Of a stretch of 64,000 nt of DNA, positions 27,830 to 44,552 are shown piece after piece. The notes under the pieces were generated by a model. The model did no database searches. It was not told where the DNA came from and worked only from the letters and a program-made list of their open reading frames with translations. A program made the translations under genes and the position numbers. Each line of letters opens with the position of its first letter. The first letter of the stretch is position 1. The stretch comes from Eledone cirrhosa (taxonomy: Eukaryota): positions 100,316,001 through 100,380,000 of the forward strand of contig OZ024742.1 of NCBI GenBank assembly GCA_964016885.1, in the 5' to 3' direction.

Positions 27830-28271
27830 TGTATATATATCAGAAGAAAGAATGAGAAATAAGATAGATTGAGGGGACGGGCGGGATGGTATAGGAAAAA
27901 ATGTCTTTAGATAAAAATATCAGGTCCATTCATGTTGACATCTCTTGCAAAGCTGTTGGTGCTGGTAGTGTATGATTTGTTTTTTAGAAAAGTGGATGAT
28001 GGAACTCGTCTACCTGAAATGGAAAAAAAAACGTTTTGTAAAAAGAGCTATACTTGAGCACGTACGTAAGCATGTGTTTGTGTGTGTGTGTGTTATCATA
28101 GGTCCGTACGAAGCTAAGAAGAAATGTGTGTGTATATGTGAGTAAAAGAGTGTGTGTGCATGTAAGTACGAAGCTATGAACAAAAGTATGCTAATATAAG
28201 AGTGTGTATCGGCATGTATTAATTGCAAGAGAGAGCGATAAGAATCTAGGGATGCGATAATGGACGGGGTA

Positions 28272-29090
28272 TTAGGGAAATTGGGGAGGTGAGTTGAGTC
28301 TAAAAGGGGAATAGGACCCAAGGCAGTGAATCAGACTTTGTTCAGTCCCGGTGCGCGAGGCCTGTGATCCATGATGTAAAAGGACAACCAGGACTGAAAC
28401 ATGTAGGGAAGAATGACCAGGAGAACAGAAATGACGGGCGAGTCTGATGTCCCTCAAATATTCGGCAAAACGGTCCGCCATACGGCGTCCCGTTTGTCCG
28501 ATATATAAAGACCCGCAAAGGGAACACCGGAGGGCATAGACAACGTGGGTGGGTGTGCAGGTGAAGGAATGGCTGATACGGAAGACCCGTTAGGGCCTGT
28601 AAGAGTGGTGAGGGTGGAAATAAAGGGACAAGTGTTGCAGCGGGAACGGAAACAAGGACGAGAGCCAGGTGGAGTCGTGGGGGGGAACGAAAAGGAACTG
28701 CGAACCAGGAGGTCACGGAGGTTGCGGGCGCGCTTAAAAGCAGTAATGGGTGGGTTTTGAAAAAAGCGGGGTCAGTAGAGAGGATACGGAAGATACGGAG
28801 GATATGTCGCCAGAGTGGTAGGGTGATGGGGTGGTAGGTGAGAGGGAAAGGAACACGGGTGTTGGGAGCGTGGGATGAGGTGAGAGGGTTATGGTGCGGT
28901 CTGTTTCACGGGCACGGGTGAGAGCAGCTTGGATCAAGGTGGGGGGATATCCACGGTGGATGAAGCAGGAAGACATGCGAAGGGAATGGGTTTCGAAATC
29001 GTTGTCCTGGCTACAGAGTCGACGAAGACGGAGGAATTGGGAATAGGCTATGGAGTGTTTGGTGAGGGTAAGAGTACTCAACACCGAAGT
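28272..29090 (-). mobile_element. Penelope-like element fragment (Neptune-like RT thumb plus GIY-YIG), frameshifted
   Basis: HSIAYSQFLRLRRLCS...FIHRGYP; YIGQTGRRMADRFAEYLRDIR...ARHF...EQSLIHCLGSYSPFRLN. Confidence 0.88.
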
Positions 29091-29231
29091 AGTTTTAATA
29101 TTCATTTTATTAAGTCATGTTACTCTGAAATTTTATCACAGTGTCTTCGGACCTCTGTGGGGACCCTGTGATAATAGGCGAAACTCCAGAGTAACCAAAC
29201 TCACTATTTAGCTTTAATAAAATTAATGAAT

Positions 29232-29264
<33 letters not shown>

Positions 29265-29430
29265 AATATATATATATAGTGGAAAGGAAAAATATTTTTT
29301 CAGTAGAAAATGCTATTAACAGAGAAAGAAGGAGAGAGAAGAAGGACAGAGATAGGACAGACACGACAAAGAAATGAATTCTCCTCTCTGAATATGTATG
29401 TGAAAATAAATTTTTCTTCCCCTTTTTATT

Positions 29431-29697
29431 GTGGATTGGCAGTATCGGTAGAGGGTCGGACACCATGCTTTGACGCATAGAGTTACAGCCCTTGCCATTC
29501 TGAGTTAAAATCCCGTTGGCAATATCGGTAGAGGGTCGGACACCATGCTTTGACGCATAGAGTTACGTCGCTTTACGGACTGAGTTCAAATCCCGCCGAG
29601 GTTAACTTTGCTTTTCCTCCTTACGGGGTCGATAAAATAAAGTACCAGTAATGCACTGGGTATTTGCTGGCCTTGTGCCAAAAGTAGAAACAATTAT
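29431..29697 (+). mobile_element. SINE family A with a duplicated head
   Basis: tggcaRtatcggtagagggtcggacaccatgctttgacgcatagagttac occurs twice, followed by the core and tail. Confidence 0.85.
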
Positions 29698-29799
29698 TAT
29701 TATTATTTGTATAAATATGCAACTTAACAATATTATGCATATCCGCAATTGACAATGTATTTAATGCTTAAACCGGTATATTAAATGCGGAAATATCCA

Positions 29800-30222
29800 C
29801 TTTATAAATAAATTAATTGTTTCTACTTTAGGCACAAGGCCAGCAATTACCCAGTGCATTACTGGTACTTTATTTTATCGACCCCGTAAGGATGAAAGGC
29901 AAAGTCAACCTCGGCGGGATTTGAACTCAGATCGTAAAGGGACGTAACTATGCTGGAAAGCATGGCGTCCGACCCTCTACCGATACTGCCAATCCACCGC
30001 CCTTTATAAATAAATTAATTGTTTCTACTTTAGGCACAAGGCCAGCAATTACTCAGTGCATTACTGGTACTTTATGTTATCGACCCCGTAAGGATGAAAG
30101 GCAAAGTCAACCTCGGCGGGATTTGAACCCAGATCGTTAAGGGACGTAACTATGCTGGAAAGCATGGCGTCCGACCCTCTACTGATACTGCCAATCCACC
30201 GCCGTTTATAAATAAATTAATG
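29800..30222 (-). mobile_element. Head-to-tail dimer of full-length SINE family A
   Basis: Two ~200-bp near-identical copies, with tttataaataaattaat before, between and after them. Confidence 0.9.
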
Positions 30223-30336
30223 TTTTGATATTACATTGAAAGAATCTCTTCAGCATTTTCTACTGAAAAAAATCTTTTTCCTTCCTACTATTTGTTTTTA
30301 TATATATCAACTCGTGTGTTACTTTTCTACATACAT

Positions 30337-30397
<61 letters not shown>

Positions 30398-32382
30398 TTT
30401 TTTTGTTTTTCGTGTTTACGTGTGTGCAAAAAGAATTTGGTGAAACTGTCGAGATATTTTCGTTTACTCTTTTCGAGATCTATTGTAAAAAGACACCTTG
30501 GTTTGGTTCCTAGTATAGAGGTCCTCGAACGCCAGGCCACATTAAACAGTAAAATAAAATCCCACTGCTTTTAAATTATCGTAAGATCCTGGTGGTTCGT
30601 ATTTTACATGAGCTTAACTAGATTACCCATTAGTCGAAATTCACAGGTACTTAGATCACAATGGGCACCAGCTTATGCAACTTAAGCAAATTATTATCTC
30701 ATTCCAAACAAATTTTTGCAGACTTCATATATGAAGCAGAAACCATAATCTTTTAAGTGTATATTGCTTCAAAATAATTTGATTTGGCGGTGGCAGTGGG
30801 TGTGTCACTATGGAGATATTGAGAGTCTTGCTAAGGAGCAAAAGATGGTATTATAAAACAATATCTGCTCAGTTGATGCCCATACATGTGTTGGTTTGTT
30901 GTCTGGTAGGGTAGGCTGATTTTTTTTATTTAAGGTAATTTCCTGAGAAAGTGGAAACGGAAATAAATGGTGTTAGTGGGAATCATTAAAGATCCTAGGA
31001 TGGTTTGGATTGGGGGAGTATGTTACATTACAAGCTGTAAATGTAATAAGTGGTTCTTCTTCGGTTCGTATTTGTAGTAGTGTGATTGTAGCGTTAGTAA
31101 CTGATAGTGGTGTCTAGTGGTGTTATTTTTATGTACGTGTGTAAAGAAATAGCATGTATATAGGAATACTTTCTTAAAAGTTTCAAATCATTTGGTAGTT
31201 TTCTGTGGTTCGTTGTCATTCATATTTGATGAAGTTTGTTAAACTTTTGTTCGAGACAAGAGGCTCATCAAGCCAGAGTTTATCTCAGTTTCGTGTGGGT
31301 GTATATAGTAAGGTCCACTCCAAGCTGTTTCTGATACACTGAACTCGAGTAACATCGATTTCAGCCCCCAAACCTATGAACATGGGCCCAAAACCTTAAC
31401 CATTCGGCCACGCATAATCACATAAATAATGTATCAGGAAGCGTGTCTTTAGCTCAAAACATATTGTTTTTTATTTGATAAACTAAAACAATGTAGGAGT
31501 GCGAGAAGGCGCATGGCTTAAGAGTGTGTTGGACTGTGGTGTGTGTCTTAGTAGTCAGTGTTGATCTCATAATCATAAAGTCATCTGCTCAATTCTTGGA
31601 CAAACTGATGTGTTGTGTTCCTGAATCAGGCGCTTTATTTCATGTTGCTTTTCATGATAGTAGTAGGACCCATATCATTAAAACACCCAACAAAATTATG
31701 AGATGAAACCTCGTAGCAGGTCAGTTAAATTTCTATGGGTGTGAGCTGTAAATTTAATTTCTTTTTCGGGGAGGATTTTATAATCCCTGTAGTGATTGTC
31801 CCAAGATAAAATGCACCCACTCCACTCTGTAAAGTAGTAGTGTTGGTGCCTTGATATAATGCAAATATTACGCTATAACATTAGGAAGGGGGAAGCCATG
31901 GCCTAGTGCATAGTGTGTTTGATTCCTGGAGCGAGTGGCATATTGGGTTCTAAAACAACCTGCTTCGGTTTATGTTGCTTTTCATGATATAACTGGGGCT
32001 CTTATCGTTAAAACGCCCGAGAAACCTCCTATACGATCAACCTTATAGAAGGCTAGCTAAACCCACATATGTGTGTGAGCTGTAAATCTAATTATATTAG
32101 GAAGGGACCCAAGCTTTAGAAACCATTCCTAAATATAGAACATATTAGACATGATTATTCGAATAAGACATGATTATTCGACCTGTCTTATCTTGAACCA
32201 TGACGACTCGTCCGACCTGTGCTCTCATAGATACCAATGTAAAGTAACGATGATGATTAGGATTCAGTCAAACCATAATTTTAAACAGTTTCCAAAAACT
32301 ATTTTTTCACCTGCCATTGCAACAATCAGTTTTTGTTACTCAACATTACTACTATCTATCTAAAATGCAGCTGCATTGTTTG

Positions 32383-35039
<2,657 letters not shown>

Positions 35040-37601
35040 AGAGAAAAGTGAGAGAAAGATGGTTGTGATTATGAAGAATATTCATTCTATTGAGAAAAAT
35101 CTCTGTTGCATATTAAGGTGTCAGTGACAACAACCTGAAGATACTTAAAGAATTATTCTTGTGCCAAAATTGACAGTCAGCCAAATTCTTAATTGGCAAC
35201 ATCTTGAAATATTTTTTAAATTATATCTAATTTTATCCTAATTTTGTTTTATTCTTTACTTCTTGAAAAAAAAATTTTTTCTGTTAAGGTAGACATTTAA
35301 GTTATTTTTGTTGTTTTAAATTTTTGCTAGGAATAAATTTGTGTTGTTTGTAAATTTGTCTATTTTCAATGCAGTGCAATTTAATTCAATTCATGGTTAA
35401 TTTTCAAAAACATATATAAATATACTTATAAAAGATTCTTCTAGAATATTTGCAGCAAAATTTAAATTGCAACAGTATTGCAGGCAAGAGAAAAATTTAG
35501 AGAAAAAAATGGCTAGACTAATGACACTCTGGTGACTAAAATTTTCAAAATAACAGCTCAATTTAGGTATCTACATCCAGCCATGGCACCAACTAATAAA
35601 TTATTAATATATTCACACATTTTGATAAAATATAAACTTTAATTATATCTCATCTTATTCCTTTTATCGCTGACCTTTTAAAATGGTCATTTAGAAAGAA
35701 AATATTTAATTGCTTACACCTGTCGGCCAGAATCATTGTTTAAGTATTTCTCTATATTTGTTAAATAAACATTCAACAGTACAGAAGACGGCAGTCCTGG
35801 GTGGGGTGGGGTACTAGATAACATCTGGAGGTAATATCAAGTTTGTGAATTGGCATTAGTTTGGACGGCTGATTAATTGCTTCACTACAAAAATATTGGT
35901 AAATTCACTGTCCTATATACATGTGTATGTGATGGCCTGCGTTCTTAGTGGTTAGTGTTTGGCCTATGATCGTAACATTGTGAGTTCGATTCTCAGCGAT
36001 GCGGTGTGTTCACGAGCAAGACGATTTATTTTACGTTGCTCTAGTCCACTCAGCTGGCACAAGTGAAACACCTGTAATTCATTTGAGTCACGCTGTATCT
36101 CGCTGAGAATGGTTAAGAGTTCTCTCCCATGTCTAAGGAATCCTTAGCCACATACATGTTAATTTCACGAGTAAACTGTTCCATTGTTCAAACAAGTGGA
36201 ACACTCGTCGTTGGAACCGTCGAGAAACAGCATAATTAATACTTGTGATAATTTTTACCCTTTTACAGGAAAATATGTGAAAATCCAGCGCGTAATTTGT
36301 CCACTGGACCTAGAAAATGTGAGGTATATTCAGTGGAATGTTCAGAGGCATTATTAGGGTTCGTGTCACCCTCCCTCTCTGGGGCTCTCTCTTACTAGCC
36401 TATACAGAATCCTGAACAATATATTATGACACCGCCTCTGATGCCGCTCGTATTCCCAGTACACTTCTCATGACTGCTGTAAATGTATGCAAAATGGATG
36501 TGTAATTTATCTAATGCGACTTATACGCGAGTAAACACAGTAGTCTTTCTCCCAAATCACAACGAATCCATACGGCTAACAATTATGTGATTTCCAAAGT
36601 AAGTAAATGAAGCAAATCTACTCCCAAGATAATATAGGAGTCTAACATAAACTCTATTCTGTTATGTGGATAGTCAAAGAATCGCTTGCTAATTCAACAA
36701 CACTGATACTACTTACATGGGTAAGGGCTAGTAACTTCAGCCATTACTTCGGGGTGTGACAACCCTGACTTATATAAGTTCAAGATTCAGCTGGTTTTGA
36801 TTAATAATACCTAGAATGAACTCCTGTTCAGAATAACAATTTCTCGTTCAACTTTGAAATCCTGAGTTGGTATCCAGTAGAAGTAAATTGTACACTATGA
36901 AGAGAATGTGCTTCTTTATGTCAGTAGTGATGTTAAACTGAGCAACGAATTAAATCTACCAGCTAAGTAGACCACAGCAGACCAAAGAGAACTGGAACAG
37001 TTTCTGCAAAGATGCTTTAACGATACCGCAAGTCCACTACTACAGACTGGTATTTATTTTGTCAAGCCCAGAAGAGTGAAAAGCAAAGTTGATTTTAGTG
37101 GGATTTGAATGCAACACAGATATCTGGAACTACCACAAGACATTTTCCCTACATTTTAACAACTCGAACAATTGGTTACCTGAAAATAAAATTGTAACTG
37201 TCTTCCCATCTGAAACCAATCTACACACTATTTGAGGATCTATATGTGTTAATTCGAAATTAAATTTAACAAAGGTTATTTATTACATAAAAATTTGGTA
37301 GCAGGCTTTTAGATAAAGTGTTGTGTTGCAAAACCTGGAGTGGTTTAGTGTGTGTTGATATCAAAACTGTTAAGAACAATTATTCTATATCCTTTTCAAA
37401 ATCCCTTTCAGTAAATTTGAGATTTTCATCTTGTTATAAAATTAGACTTAGATCCTGGACTGGAACACATATCTAATAACAATATAATTCAGACTGTAAA
37501 TAATTGAGTTCTTGTACTGAAATATGAAATTTAATATTTCTTCAGTGTGGAGGGTTTATCATAAATCAGGGAGTTGTTACTTCTGATGACAACAAAGCAG
37601 T

Positions 37602-37992
<391 letters not shown>

Positions 37993-38459
37993 GCTTTTAT
38001 GAGACCCATGTTTATGGAGCAAGCTTTGATATATTCAAATGCCATCTGAGGAGGAAGATAAGCTCAAAGAGGGAGGTGCTAATTTTCAATAAATCTTTAG
38101 CTTTTGGGTGAGCCGGATTTCCTGGAGGCCTATTCTCCCATGTCATTCACTCTATAAATTTGGAGAAAATATTATTGCGTTCATGAAAAAGTTTGACTGT
38201 GTCTGCCAAAACTGTTAACAAATGAAAACCACCTCCTTTCCTCTCCTAGATCACAGGTTTCATGTCAGATAGTGCTGATACAAGGCGCTGCCTTTAGTGC
38301 CAATATATAAGGTGACCCGAATCACTCTATCTTTTCTTGAGTTTTGCTTTGCTCGTTATATATTTGTATTTATTAAAGTGTCCTTATTATTTAACCAAAT
38401 CACCCTTAAACTCAATCAGGAGTTAGTGGCCGATATATACAAACATATTCACTCAATGT

Positions 38460-38657
38460 GTCTTGTTGGCAGGAGATTCTGGGGTGAACCGCGAGCAATT
38501 TGGTTGGATAACATCCATGAACTTGGCTGGTCTCGCTTGGGGACCCCAGCCGGATCAGTTAGAGACGGCTGCATCTGACATGATCCGCTGGAAGGAGTGT
38601 TTGAGGACTCTGTCTCCATGACCCTCAGAAGAAGAAGAAGAAGAAGAAGAAGAAGAA
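38460..38657 (+). mobile_element. RTE LINE extreme 3' end with (GAA)n tail, same family as the 22 kb fragment
   Basis: WLDNIHELGWSRLG matches WLDNIHKLGWFHLD at 22.2 kb. Confidence 0.8.
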
Positions 38658-39555
38658 TCGATTTATTTGTTATTTTTTCTTTAGTATTACACCTCAATAA
38701 TGTAGGGACTTGGCAGTCATTAGAAAGTTCCGAAATATTCTTTCTAGCTTCCTGACTGCACTGTCAATTCCAATCACATCAAGGTCAACTTCTTATTCGA
38801 GATTATCCAAGTACTAGTTCAGTATTAATGTCGATTCTCTCTCCACTTGTGGTCAATAAAATATTATTATTATTGTAATGTTAGGTGTTGTTAATGATAC
38901 TGGTGGTGATAAATATGATGGTTTACTGAAAAAAATGTCTAGTGATATTCTTTCATGTATTTCATTTTCTCTTTTAACAATTTATTTTTATACATGATAG
39001 AATATCAATGGTTTATATGTAAATCAAAATTTCAAAATTTATTGTATGAATCTAAAATATAACCCTAACTCACAGGTCATACACAATAATAAAAGCAGTT
39101 ACAACAAAGTTTTTAAAAAAACAATATATTTACACATTACACAGCAACATATTTTCTTTGATATTCCTGAATATTAATATCGTTTTGTGTTTTTCTCCAT
39201 GCTTGAATGGGTTGGCAGGGTTGACACAGCCAATGACTAGACAGGTTGGGGAGGGACCACATCTTGATCATACGTTCTATTTTGGGTAAGATCTCTACGA
39301 CCAGGGCCCTTCCTACTGACAACCCATTTACAGGGGGTATAGGATGCATTTTATCGAGGCACGAACATTATACAGTGTGCTAAGTCCATGACGGAATCAG
39401 ATGGTTCCTTCTACCTTATGTTGAAGCAGTAGTGAGTGTATACACATGATAGAGAAGTTGTTCTCTCCACTGCTATATCTACATCTCCATTCCATGTAAT
39501 CCCTGATCTCTCGCCATATATTTAGCATCGCAGTTCAGTTATTTGACTGGTTTGA

Positions 39556-39650
<95 letters not shown>

Positions 39651-39917
39651 CATATACACACACACATCATATATATATATATATATACATATACACACAC
39701 ACACACATCATATATATATATAGTTAGGAAAGCAGAAGATTGCTTATTCTAATCCAGTTCGTGGTTAAGATACCAGTTTCTTGGACGGTTTCCAACGTAC
39801 GGTTAGGGTAACTACACAAGTTTTGCAAGAATGTGGCTAGTAAATCACGTTCAATCTTGGAGTATAAAGAATAAAAGAGAAAACACAGGTAAGCATTAAA
39901 AAGGGATTTTATCCAGG

Positions 39918-40018
39918 TATTTACGACCGTTTCATTGGTAAGCGCAACCTTATATCGCTATACTGCAAATAGCAGCCACTCGATAATAACTGTTATTCAC
40001 CTCCAAATTTTCAAAATA
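39918..40018 (-). ncRNA. Hammerhead motif with U3-A8 core (UUGAAAA)
   Basis: Reverse complement: tatt TTGAAAA tttgg...ccaat GAAA cggtcg TA aata. Confidence 0.55.
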
Positions 40019-40267
40019 ATGAATAAGTTACTTGTAAAAGGTTCTTAATATATAAAAAAAACATTTTTTTTTAATCGTATTTACTAGTATAGAGAGAGAA
40101 GAAGGGGAGAAGAATTAGAAGTAGAGGGACAAACGGGGGATAAAGGTAAAGGTAAAGATGGAAGGATTCCTCGATCAGTTTTGATTCGTAGACTTGATGT
40201 CAATTTACAGTGTAGAGAGTTAAAGAGAATTAAATCGTTTATAGTGGGAGGGAGAGAGAGAGAGAGT

Positions 40268-40366
<99 letters not shown>

Positions 40367-40434
40367 GGAGAGATAGAGAGATAAATATATATATATATAA
40401 AAGGGGGAAGAGAAAAAAAAAGAAAAGAAAAGTT

Positions 40435-40872
40435 GACAAGAATTGTAATTGCCACCTACCTGAAACCTGTCCATTGCATAATGATTGTATGCAGTCTAAC
40501 CTGGTTTACCAATGCACAGTGGAATCAGACAACCAGAAGTGGTATTACATCGGAGCGACTGGGAATACATTTAAAGCTCGTTGGAATACACATCGTTACG
40601 CAATGAAACATTCCCAGCATCGTTATGTAACTACCCTTGCGAACAAGACCTGGAAACTGAGGGAAAGTAACCAGCAATACAAGTGGAAGAAATTATCGAA
40701 CGCGCCTGTATATCGGAGTGGTATGAGACGCTGTCGGTTGTGTGACCTTGAACTGTTCCACATTTTGAGTTCGAAGAATAAGTTACTCAACAATAAAATC
40801 GAAAGATCAATTTATTGCAACCATAGACTTAAGGAAAAATGTTCGCACTACAAGTGCAAATCGAACCCTTAA
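40435..40872 (+). CDS. PLE GIY-YIG endonuclease domain (partial)
   Basis: [11 protein letters not shown]...LVYQCTV...[17 protein letters not shown]...CRLCDLE...LLNNKIE...CNHR. Confidence 0.85.
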   Translation, partial: DKNCNCHLPETCPLHNDCMQSNLVYQCTVESDNQKWYYIGATGNTFKARWNTHRYAMKHSQHRYVTTLANKTWKLRESNQQYKWKKLSNAPVYRSGMRRCRLCDLELFHILSSKNKLLNNKIERSIYCNHRLKEKCSHYKCKSNP

Positions 40873-41458
40873 CCTACTACTACCACTGACAAACTGCATA
40901 TACTTAGACTTTCTATCCTCTTATTGAATCTAACCTCTTTAATTACCCACAGTAACCAATACTTATGTCCCTCTCTCCTCCTTCATTCCTTTTCTCTTTC
41001 TTCGTTTTTTTCTTTTCTTCTCTCCCTTTTTTTTTCTCTTTTCTTTTCTTCTTTTTTATCTATACATTCATTATGCAATGGACAGGTTTCAGGTAGGTGG
41101 CAATTACAATTCTTGTCTTGGGCAATTTTTCTTTCTTCTTTTTTCTCTTCCCCCTTTTATATATATATATATTTATCTCTCTAACTCCCACCCCTCCCTC
41201 TCTCTGTCACACACACACACTCTCTCTCCCACTATAAACGATTTAATTCCCTTTAACTCGCTACACTGTAAATTGACGACATCAAGTCTACGAATGAAAA
41301 CTGATCGAGGAATCCTTCCATCTTTACCCCTCCATCCATCCCCGTTTGTCCCTCTACTTCCTATTCCTCTCCCTTTCCTCTCTCTCTATACTAGTGAATA
41401 CGATTCCAAAAAAATGTTTTTTTATATATTAAGAACCTTTTACAAGTAACTTATTCAT

Positions 41459-41559
41459 TATTTTGAAAATTTGGAGGTGAATAACAGTTATTATCGAGTG
41501 GCTGCTATTTGTAGTTTAACGATATAAGGTTGCCCTTACCAATGAAACGGTCATAAATA
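41459..41559 (+). ncRNA. Hammerhead motif with U3-A8 core (second copy)
   Basis: tatt TTGAAAA tttgg...ccaat GAAA cggtca TA aata. Confidence 0.5.
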
Positions 41560-41603
41560 CTTGGATAAATCTTTTTTTAATGCTTACCTGTGTTTTCTCT
41601 TTT

Positions 41604-41670
<67 letters not shown>

Positions 41671-41721
41671 AGTATGTATATATATATATAAGTATATATT
41701 TTTCCGTATATATATATATAT

Positions 41722-41960
41722 ACAGATACATCCACAATTAATGGTACTGTCTAAACCGTATGAAGAACTCAATGTAATCCGTATGTAGAAGATGTCGTGA
41801 AGCAAAGTTTAAAATACAAAATGTTCAACGATATAATTCATTGGATACAGAGTCAAAAATAGAAATAGTAAAACAATGAAATTAAACAAAAAACGATCAA
41901 TTCATGAGTTTTACTATGAATTAACCGTTTTTTGTTTAATTTGATTGTTTTAATATTTTT
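41722..41960 (-). mobile_element. 3' tail of the 51-53 kb hammerhead element family, with a terminal foldback
   Basis: Reverse complement of ~53180-53370; hairpin at ~41865-41960. Confidence 0.75.
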
Positions 41961-41973
41961 ATTTCTCTCTCTA

Positions 41974-42121
<148 letters not shown>

Positions 42122-42641
42122 ATAAATATATATATATATGGGTGTGTATTATATAACCTGTCTACACACATTGCTATATCTAGGTTGCCACATATCAAAT
42201 CTATAAAATTAAGATCTATTTTACCGCAACAAAAATAAGAACTTCAGTATTTCTTTTTGTTTGATGTTTTAATTTTTTCAAACATAATATAAAAATGTAA
42301 ATAAATTGTTTTTCAGAATTTGGAAATATTTTCAGTTTTGCAAAAGATTTCATTACAAAATATATTTCTTTTACTTTAATTTAATAATTTATGTGTATAC
42401 CCCTTCTCTCTCTCCCGCTCTCTCTCTCTCTATATATATATATATCCCTCTCTCTCTCTCTCACTCACTCTCTCTCTCTCACACACACACATACACATTC
42501 TTCATATCTATGTGTGTGTATATATATATATATATATATCACTTTTGCTGCTTTTTTGGTTTGTCTATATTTTTATTTTCCCACTCATATATGATGCATA
42601 TATGAAAAAACAATATTTTTATTATCCCTACGACAACTGCA

Positions 42642-42701
<60 letters not shown>

Positions 42702-43183
42702 TGCCATCACTACTACTACTACCACCACCACTACAACTATCATATTTTATTCTTCCTTCAATTGTTATGTTATAATTAAGCTGATATTAGCCAATCTATA
42801 ATTAGGGTCAGTTGAACCTGTTAATTAAACAGTAATCAGGTGCTATGTCAGACATTCTCACCATGACACTTTTAAACAACTTTGCCTTTCTCTCTTTTAC
42901 ATTTACCACTTTTACACAAACTATGCTTTTTCTTCAAGGAATTTTCTTTTCTTCCTCAACCTTCTTCTCCACTTCGCCTCTTTTTGTCCAACCTCCTCCT
43001 TTACCCTCCTTCCTCTACCCTCCCTCCACCACTACTCTCCTCTTCCCCCCATTACCCTCCCTTTCCAGACTCCTGCTCAACTCCTCCGAAAATTTTCTTA
43101 ACCCCTTCCTCTCCTTCACCTCTCCTCTTCTCCATCACCCAATCTCTCCTTTTCTCATTTCTGTTTATCTTGTTCTTTGTTGT

Positions 43184-44160
43184 CTTCTTCTTCTTCTTCT
43201 TCTTCTTCTTCTTCTTCTTCTTCTTCTTCTTCTTCTTCTTCTTCTTCTTCTTCTTCTTCCTTGTCTCCTTCTTCTTCCTTGTCTCCTTCTTCCATGTCTC
43301 CTTCTTCTTCTTTCTTCTTCTTCCTTGCCTCTTCTTCCTTGTCTTCTTCGTCATCTTCTTTTCCTTTTCTTCTTTTTTTCTTCTTCTTCTTCTTCTTCTT
43401 CTTCTTCTTCTTCTTCTTCTTCTTCTTCTCATTCTTCTTCTTCTTATTATTATTATTATTATTATTATTCTCCTTCTTCTTCTTCTCATTCTTCTTCTTC
43501 TTCTTCTTCTTCTTCTTCTTCTTCTTCTTCTTCTTCTCCTTCTTCTTTTTCTTCTTGTTCTTCTTGTTCTTCTTCTTCTTCTTCTTCTTCTTCTTCTTCT
43601 CATTCTTCTTCTTCTTCTCATTCTTCTTCTTCTTCTTCTTCTTCTTCTTTTTCTTCTTCTTCTCATTCTTCTTCTTCTTCTCATTCTTCTTCTTCTCCTT
43701 CTTCTTCTTCTTGTTCTTGTTCTTGTTCTTGTTCTTCTTCTTCTTCTTCTTCTTCTTCTTCTTCTCATTCTTCTTCTTCTCATTCTGCTTCTTCTTCTTC
43801 TTCTTCTTCTTCTTCTTCTTCTTCTTCTTCTTCTTCTTCTTCTTCTCCTTCATCTTCTTCTTCTTCTCCTTCATCTTCTTCTTCTCCTTCATCTTCTTCT
43901 CCTTCATCTTCTTCTTCTTCTTCTCCTTCATCTTCTTCTTCTTCTCCTTCATCTTCTTCTCCTTCATCTTCTTCTTCTTCTCCTTCATCTTCTTCTCCTT
44001 CATCTTCTTCTTCTTCTCCTTCATCTTCTTCTCCTTCATCTTCTTCTTCTTCTCCTTCATCTTCTTCTCCTTCATCTTCTTCTTCTTCTCCTTCATCTTC
44101 TTCTTCTTCATCTTCTTCTTCTTCTCCTTCATCTTCTTCTTCTTCTCCTTCATCTTCTTG
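43184..44160. repeat. ~1-kb (CTT)n/(GAA)n compound trinucleotide tract
   Basis: CTT runs with CAT/CCT/TGT variants; poly-S/L/F/K/R ORFs are artefacts. Confidence 0.95.
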
Positions 44161-44327
44161 CTATACTTTTGTTTATATTCCATCCGTTTATTTTGGAAGG
44201 GGAGGTAATTGATGTTAGTGTTGGTATGTCACACTTTCACTCTTAACTCTCTTTTATTACTACTTTTTTATATTTCTATTTCGAACTCTAGTTTCCACCA
44301 TCAATACCACTGTAATTACAATCATCC

Positions 44328-44379
<52 letters not shown>

Positions 44380-44552
44380 AATCATCATCATCACCATTAT
44401 CATCAATATCATCATCGTCATCGTCGTCATTAATATCATTGTAATTATTTTCACAACCAGCATCCTTATTGTTGTCTTCATCATCAGCAGCAGCATCATA
44501 AGCCAACATCTTTAACACCATCACAGTTATTGCTGTCATTGTCTTCAGCATC

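Larger units (their letters stand above)
39868..41608 (+). mobile_element. 5'-truncated PLE (Naiad/Chlamys-like GIY-YIG) with an inverted copy of its 3' region upstream
   Basis: Arms ~39868-40490 and ~41062-41608 are reverse complements; endonuclease ORF between them. Confidence 0.85.

Noticed and set aside
29431-29600. tRNA gene
   Set aside because: A and B boxes belong to SINE heads; no complete cloverleaf
30215-30262. Minus-strand CTGAAGA gat...atc AAAA catt, a possible decayed hammerhead
   Set aside because: GAAA is mutated and stems I and II are weak; not distinguishable from chance
30420-31200. Possible highly decayed PLE RT remnants (APAYA-like at ~30665)
   Set aside because: Only short motif-like fragments on both strands; needs a profile search
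42845-44246. Long poly-Ser/Leu/Phe/Lys/Arg ORFs
   Set aside because: Open in nearly all frames because of the stop-free (CTT)n tract
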